This document shows positions 24,713-27,777 of a stretch of 27,777 nucleotides of DNA, one piece after another. The notes beneath the pieces are model-generated. The model was not told where the DNA came from and did no database searches. It was given only the letters and a program-made list of their open reading frames with translations. Where the stretch lies: IMG/VR virus record IMGVR_UViG_3300030095_006199, positions 1 through 27,777 of that record. The stretch is one strand, 5' to 3'. The position numbers and the translations under genes are program-made. Position 1 is the first letter of the stretch. Every line of letters starts with the position of its first letter. This stretch comes from a virus (taxonomy: Duplodnaviria; Caudoviricetes).

Positions 24713-25266
24713 ACAGAAACAAGAATTTTAGCTTGTGGAAAGTAGAGATAGTTTACTTTAATTTTTTTGCAGCAATCTATGGCATCATCAATTGTTTCTA
24801 CAATTGGTTCATTCCTCGCATTAAACGATGTATTCATTAACATAGGTATATTGGTTTTTTTATAATATAAATTAATTAGATCATACAGGTTTTGATTTTG
24901 TTCCTTAGTAACTGTTTGTACTCTACAAGTGTCATCTACGTGCACCACAGCTGGCACTAATTCTTTTTTGTTCTTTTTAATTTTAAAAGAAAAACTCATG
25001 TATGGGGATTCTTCTATACCTATCATTTCAAACCATTCTTTAGATTTTTCATTTAAAACGGATGCAGCTAACGGTCTAAATAATTCTCTACCTTTGAGTA
25101 TGTTCATAGTATCTTTATTCTTTGGATTAATAGGACTCATCAACAAAGATCTATTACCCAATGCCCTAGGACCTGCTTCTGAGGCACCTTGAAAGAAAGC
25201 TATAATATTATCTTTAAATAGAAGATCTGTAATATGTTCAAAATTTATATTTTTATCGATTTGCAT
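24709..25266 (-). CDS. Carbamoyltransferase C-terminal YrdC-like domain, standalone
   Basis: FQGASEAGPRALGNRSLL, KGRELFRPLA, SPYM, HVDDTCRVQTV, NTSFN, EPIVET. Confidence 0.92.
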   Translation of the reverse strand: MQIDKNINFEHITDLLFKDNIIAFFQGASEAGPRALGNRSLLMSPINPKNKDTMNILKGRELFRPLAASVLNEKSKEWFEMIGIEESPYMSFSFKIKKNKKELVPAVVHVDDTCRVQTVTKEQNQNLYDLINLYYKKTNIPMLMNTSFNARNEPIVETIDDAIDCCKKIKVNYLYFPQAKILVSV

Positions 25267-25753
25267 ATAGGCAGAATGAATATACCCAAATTAATCTATT
25301 GTCACTTGTTAATAAATTAGTCCCATGATTTATTTCAGATACAGGATACATCCATAAATCACCTTTTTCTACAGAATAAGTTTTATCCTCAACTAAAACA
25401 TCACCTCCCTCTGTATTATTCAATTTAAGATTACAATGGATTGTATGATGATTATCAAAATGTCTAGCATCTTTATGTAAATAACAAGTATCTCCTTTTG
25501 AGGCAACACTTGCGTACATACCATAAGTAAAAGGGGCATATTTAAAATATTTTAAGTCTAGATGATTAATTATTTTATTTCTTATTTCAAAAGCTTCTTG
25601 AGGGTAAACAACATCTTTTTTAGTGTATCTTGTAGTTAATCTATTGCCTTTCATATTAGCATCTTGAAAAAGATCTGTATCTTTTTTATTAAGAATCCAA
25701 TTACTTAATATATTGCAGTAATTATTATCTATGAAACTTTTCAAAATTTTCAT
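25253..25753 (-). CDS. Putative 2OG-Fe(II) oxygenase
   Basis: LHKD (HxD), EGG, KGDLWMYPVSEINHG (distal His), NRLIW. Confidence 0.78.
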   Translation of the reverse strand: MKILKSFIDNNYCNILSNWILNKKDTDLFQDANMKGNRLTTRYTKKDVVYPQEAFEIRNKIINHLDLKYFKYAPFTYGMYASVASKGDTCYLHKDARHFDNHHTIHCNLKLNNTEGGDVLVEDKTYSVEKGDLWMYPVSEINHGTNLLTSDNRLIWVYSFCLYANR

Positions 25754-26501
25754 TTTTTATCTTTGTCGTAGTTATTTCTTCATCGTAATGTTTATATTTT
25801 TGTATAACACTTTTTGGTAAAAAATCCTCTATATTATGTGGCTCTGGATCAGCTGCTAATTTGTGTAGAGGTCCGAACAACACATCATCATTATACTCAA
25901 CTCCATCAAAGTTAAACTTATCTACTTCTTTTGATAAATTTTCAGGTTCTAAATTTAGATATTCAAATATTTTATTTATGACGTTTTGTGTGTCATTTAT
26001 TACTTCATCAAATTGAAATTCAATATAATTTTCTGTTTTTTTAAGGTGGTGAATTGCCCAAGCACTTTTATGAACTCTCCCATTTTGTTCCATCAGCTGA
26101 TCACATCTTGCTTGAATATTATCTGGTTTTTCTATTTTTATAAACGAGGCTAAACACTCTAAAACAGGTCTATTGTATATAATAAATTTTCTTTCTTTGA
26201 AGAATTTTTGTAGAATCTTTAAGTTGTCGGGTGTTCCCCATGGCGCATTATCAATAATATGTTTTTGCGGAACTGAAGCATAATAACTCTCTAAAATATT
26301 TTTATAAATATTGTCAAATCCTTTTTCATACGGGAAATTTTGATAAATACTAGTATTCTTTTGCGTTTCTATGCCGTAAAAAATATTTGGTAATATACTA
26401 TTGGCAGAAACTCTTAACTGGTTACTTTTGTTTAAAATTGTATTTATGTATGTTTGGCCAGATCTTGGCATAGGACATAAAAAATAGAATTTTTTATTCA
26501 T
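25725..26501 (-). CDS. PAPS-dependent sulfotransferase family protein
   Basis: 5'-PSB loop MPRSGQT; 3'-PB motif RPVLECLAS (R-x7-S); FDEVIND...INKIFEYL. Confidence 0.82.
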   Translation of the reverse strand: MNKKFYFLCPMPRSGQTYINTILNKSNQLRVSANSILPNIFYGIETQKNTSIYQNFPYEKGFDNIYKNILESYYASVPQKHIIDNAPWGTPDNLKILQKFFKERKFIIYNRPVLECLASFIKIEKPDNIQARCDQLMEQNGRVHKSAWAIHHLKKTENYIEFQFDEVINDTQNVINKIFEYLNLEPENLSKEVDKFNFDGVEYNDDVLFGPLHKLAADPEPHNIEDFLPKSVIQKYKHYDEEITTTKIKNENFEKFHR

Positions 26502-27145
26502 TATTTCTTTTCTTCTATTTCGTAAAAAAATTTATCAGTGTCCTCGGTTTTCCATTTTCTTGAATCCTCTACATTCCATTCTGATGTTTGAACTTTCCAA
26601 TCAGGAACTTCGTCTTTAACTGTGAACGAAGGTATATCCCAAATTAATCTATTGTTTGGCTGAGCTGCATAATTACCATCATCTAAAGCTAAAACGTGGG
26701 CACATTTATGTTCATGTGGAATTTCAGAATGATCTGTATCGATTATATTACTTTCAGGATGTGCAAAATCTACAGTAAAAAGGTATGCCCCTGAATGCCA
26801 CTTTTTATCTTTACCGATGTATTTGCCTGCTTGACCGTCTAAAATATCCCAAGAAGTAACAGCAGGATAGTAACTAAAACAGTTCCATAAAACCAACTCA
26901 TCAAGCCTACGTTTAGGAACATCACTCGGTTTAAGGCCTCTTTGAATGAATGCAGATATCGGTAGACGATAGTAGACAGCTCCATTTTCCATAATACAAT
27001 GAAAAAGTAAGGAACGTCCCGTAATAGACGTAATACCAAAAATAATACAGTCTTCAACTTCTCCATGATGTTTTTTAAGGTCATATAAATATTCTCTCCT
27101 AATTTGTGCATATGTTACTGGTATGTTTGCGTTTAAATAGCTCAT
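26501..27145 (-). CDS. Conserved hypothetical phage protein
   Basis: 214 aa; MSYLNANIP, YLFTVDFAHP, HEHKCAH, GNYAAQPNNRLIWD. I recall this family from marine phages; function unknown. Confidence 0.75.
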   Translation of the reverse strand: MSYLNANIPVTYAQIRREYLYDLKKHHGEVEDCIIFGITSITGRSLLFHCIMENGAVYYRLPISAFIQRGLKPSDVPKRRLDELVLWNCFSYYPAVTSWDILDGQAGKYIGKDKKWHSGAYLFTVDFAHPESNIIDTDHSEIPHEHKCAHVLALDDGNYAAQPNNRLIWDIPSFTVKDEVPDWKVQTSEWNVEDSRKWKTEDTDKFFYEIEEKK

Positions 27146-27159
27146 GTTTAAAATATATA

Positions 27160-27360
27160 TTATTCTTGATCATCATGCCAGCGTTCATTAATTTTACGAG
27201 CCATCCAATATGCCACAGGAATACATAATATAAAAGTTATTTCTGCAGCTCTTAATACACTTACATCCCATAATTTATAAACAATATGATGAATCATAAT
27301 AGGAACAAAAGCACCTACACAGAATAAAATTAACATTCTAAATTCATAGGGAAATTTCAT
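27160..27360 (-). CDS. Small two-TM membrane protein (holin-like topology)
   Basis: Two hydrophobic segments and a charged C-terminus; TAATG coupling. Confidence 0.6.
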   Translation of the reverse strand: MKFPYEFRMLILFCVGAFVPIMIHHIVYKLWDVSVLRAAEITFILCIPVAYWMARKINERWHDDQE

Positions 27361-27572
27361 TATTCTAATATTAACGATTTTATAGACGTAGATCCATCTA
27401 TATTTTTTTCTAATTGTGCCTTAGATCTAATACATTTGTATTGTATATTTGGTTTATATTCACGCATGGCTATACGTTTACCACGTAGGCATGCAGCCAT
27501 ATTTTCTTGTATTCTGTGCTCCTTGATATCAGGGCCTATAAATAATAAAAGGGCTACAACTTCTGCAATCAT
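27360..27572 (-). CDS. Hypothetical protein, hydrophobic N-terminus and Cys pair
   Basis: 70 aa; ATGA overlap with upstream gene. Confidence 0.65.
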   Translation of the reverse strand: MIAEVVALLLFIGPDIKEHRIQENMAACLRGKRIAMREYKPNIQYKCIRSKAQLEKNIDGSTSIKSLILE

Positions 27573-27777
27573 TTTCCATTCCCGTTTTTGTAATGCATTT
27601 CTCTGTTCTTATCTTTTAGTTCTTCGATATCTTCTAGAACTTTCTCCATTTGTTTCTGTAGAAATTCAATGTTTATTTTATTATTCATCATGTTATCAAG
27701 TTGTTTGTTAATCTTGTCGGTGGTCTTGTACAAGTCCTCCAACATCATGAATTGCTCGCTATCCGCGGGCAAACTAC
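27569..27777 (-). CDS. Partial coiled-coil protein (start probably outside window)
   Basis: Frame is open to the right edge (…SLPADSEQFMMLEDLYK…); heptad pattern. Confidence 0.65.
   Translation of the reverse strand, partial: SLPADSEQFMMLEDLYKTTDKINKQLDNMMNNKINIEFLQKQMEKVLEDIEELKDKNREMHYKNGNGK

Noticed and set aside
23591-25266. Carbamoyltransferase pseudogene, or TsaC/TsaD tRNA-modification pair
   Set aside because: Reversed order with intact motifs argues against decay. GPRALGNRS and EERFSRKKH are carbamoyltransferase-specific.
15001-25753. Oxygenases as TET/JBP DNA base oxidases
   Set aside because: Motifs look P4H/PKHD-like or generic, and no partner DNA methylase is in the window. Not fully excluded without an HMM search.
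2617-27711. Short + strand ORFs (3615, 10255, 12337, 12728, 15005, 18260, 18795, 20292, 20624, 22417, 24929, 27436) and nested minus ORFs (2617, 26839)
   Set aside because: Antisense or alternate-frame shadows of real genes, with no recognisable motifs.
1-27777. CRISPR array, tRNA, integrase, diversity-generating retroelement, stop-codon recoding
   Set aside because: No spaced repeats, cloverleaf, recombinase or reverse transcriptase seen by eye. Genes tile the window under the standard code.

Overview
This is a gene-dense, AT-rich fragment of a dsDNA tailed phage, most likely a marine podovirus. Gene content and composition resemble SAR11-infecting pelagiphages of the HTVC023P/uvMED type; this is recall, not a database result. 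The left end carries the edge of the replication module: a partial leftward gene, an SNF2-type helicase (the only convincing + strand gene) and a PD-(D/E)XK exonuclease. Everything from 1.7 kb to the right end is one minus-strand block of internal/ejection proteins, nozzle, adaptors, tail fibre, small basic proteins and an M15 peptidase. Three enzyme cassettes are interleaved with it: two glycosyltransferases, five 2OG-Fe(II) oxygenases in total, a sulfotransferase, and a NodU/CmcH carbamoyltransferase split into two genes in reversed order. Best candidates for undescribed biology: (1) a hydroxylate/glycosylate/carbamoylate/sulfate decoration pathway, possibly acting on the Pro-rich tail fibre; (2) a bistable RNA element with a 20-codon uORF at 19430-19505; (3) an unannotated 49-aa peptide that appears to copy the capsid N-terminus; (4) recurring (M/L/F)-x-x-GG motifs that may be processing sites; (5) near-leaderless sigma70-type promoters. 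I saw no tRNA, rRNA, CRISPR array, integrase or transposase. No capsid, portal or terminase gene is recognisable in this window.
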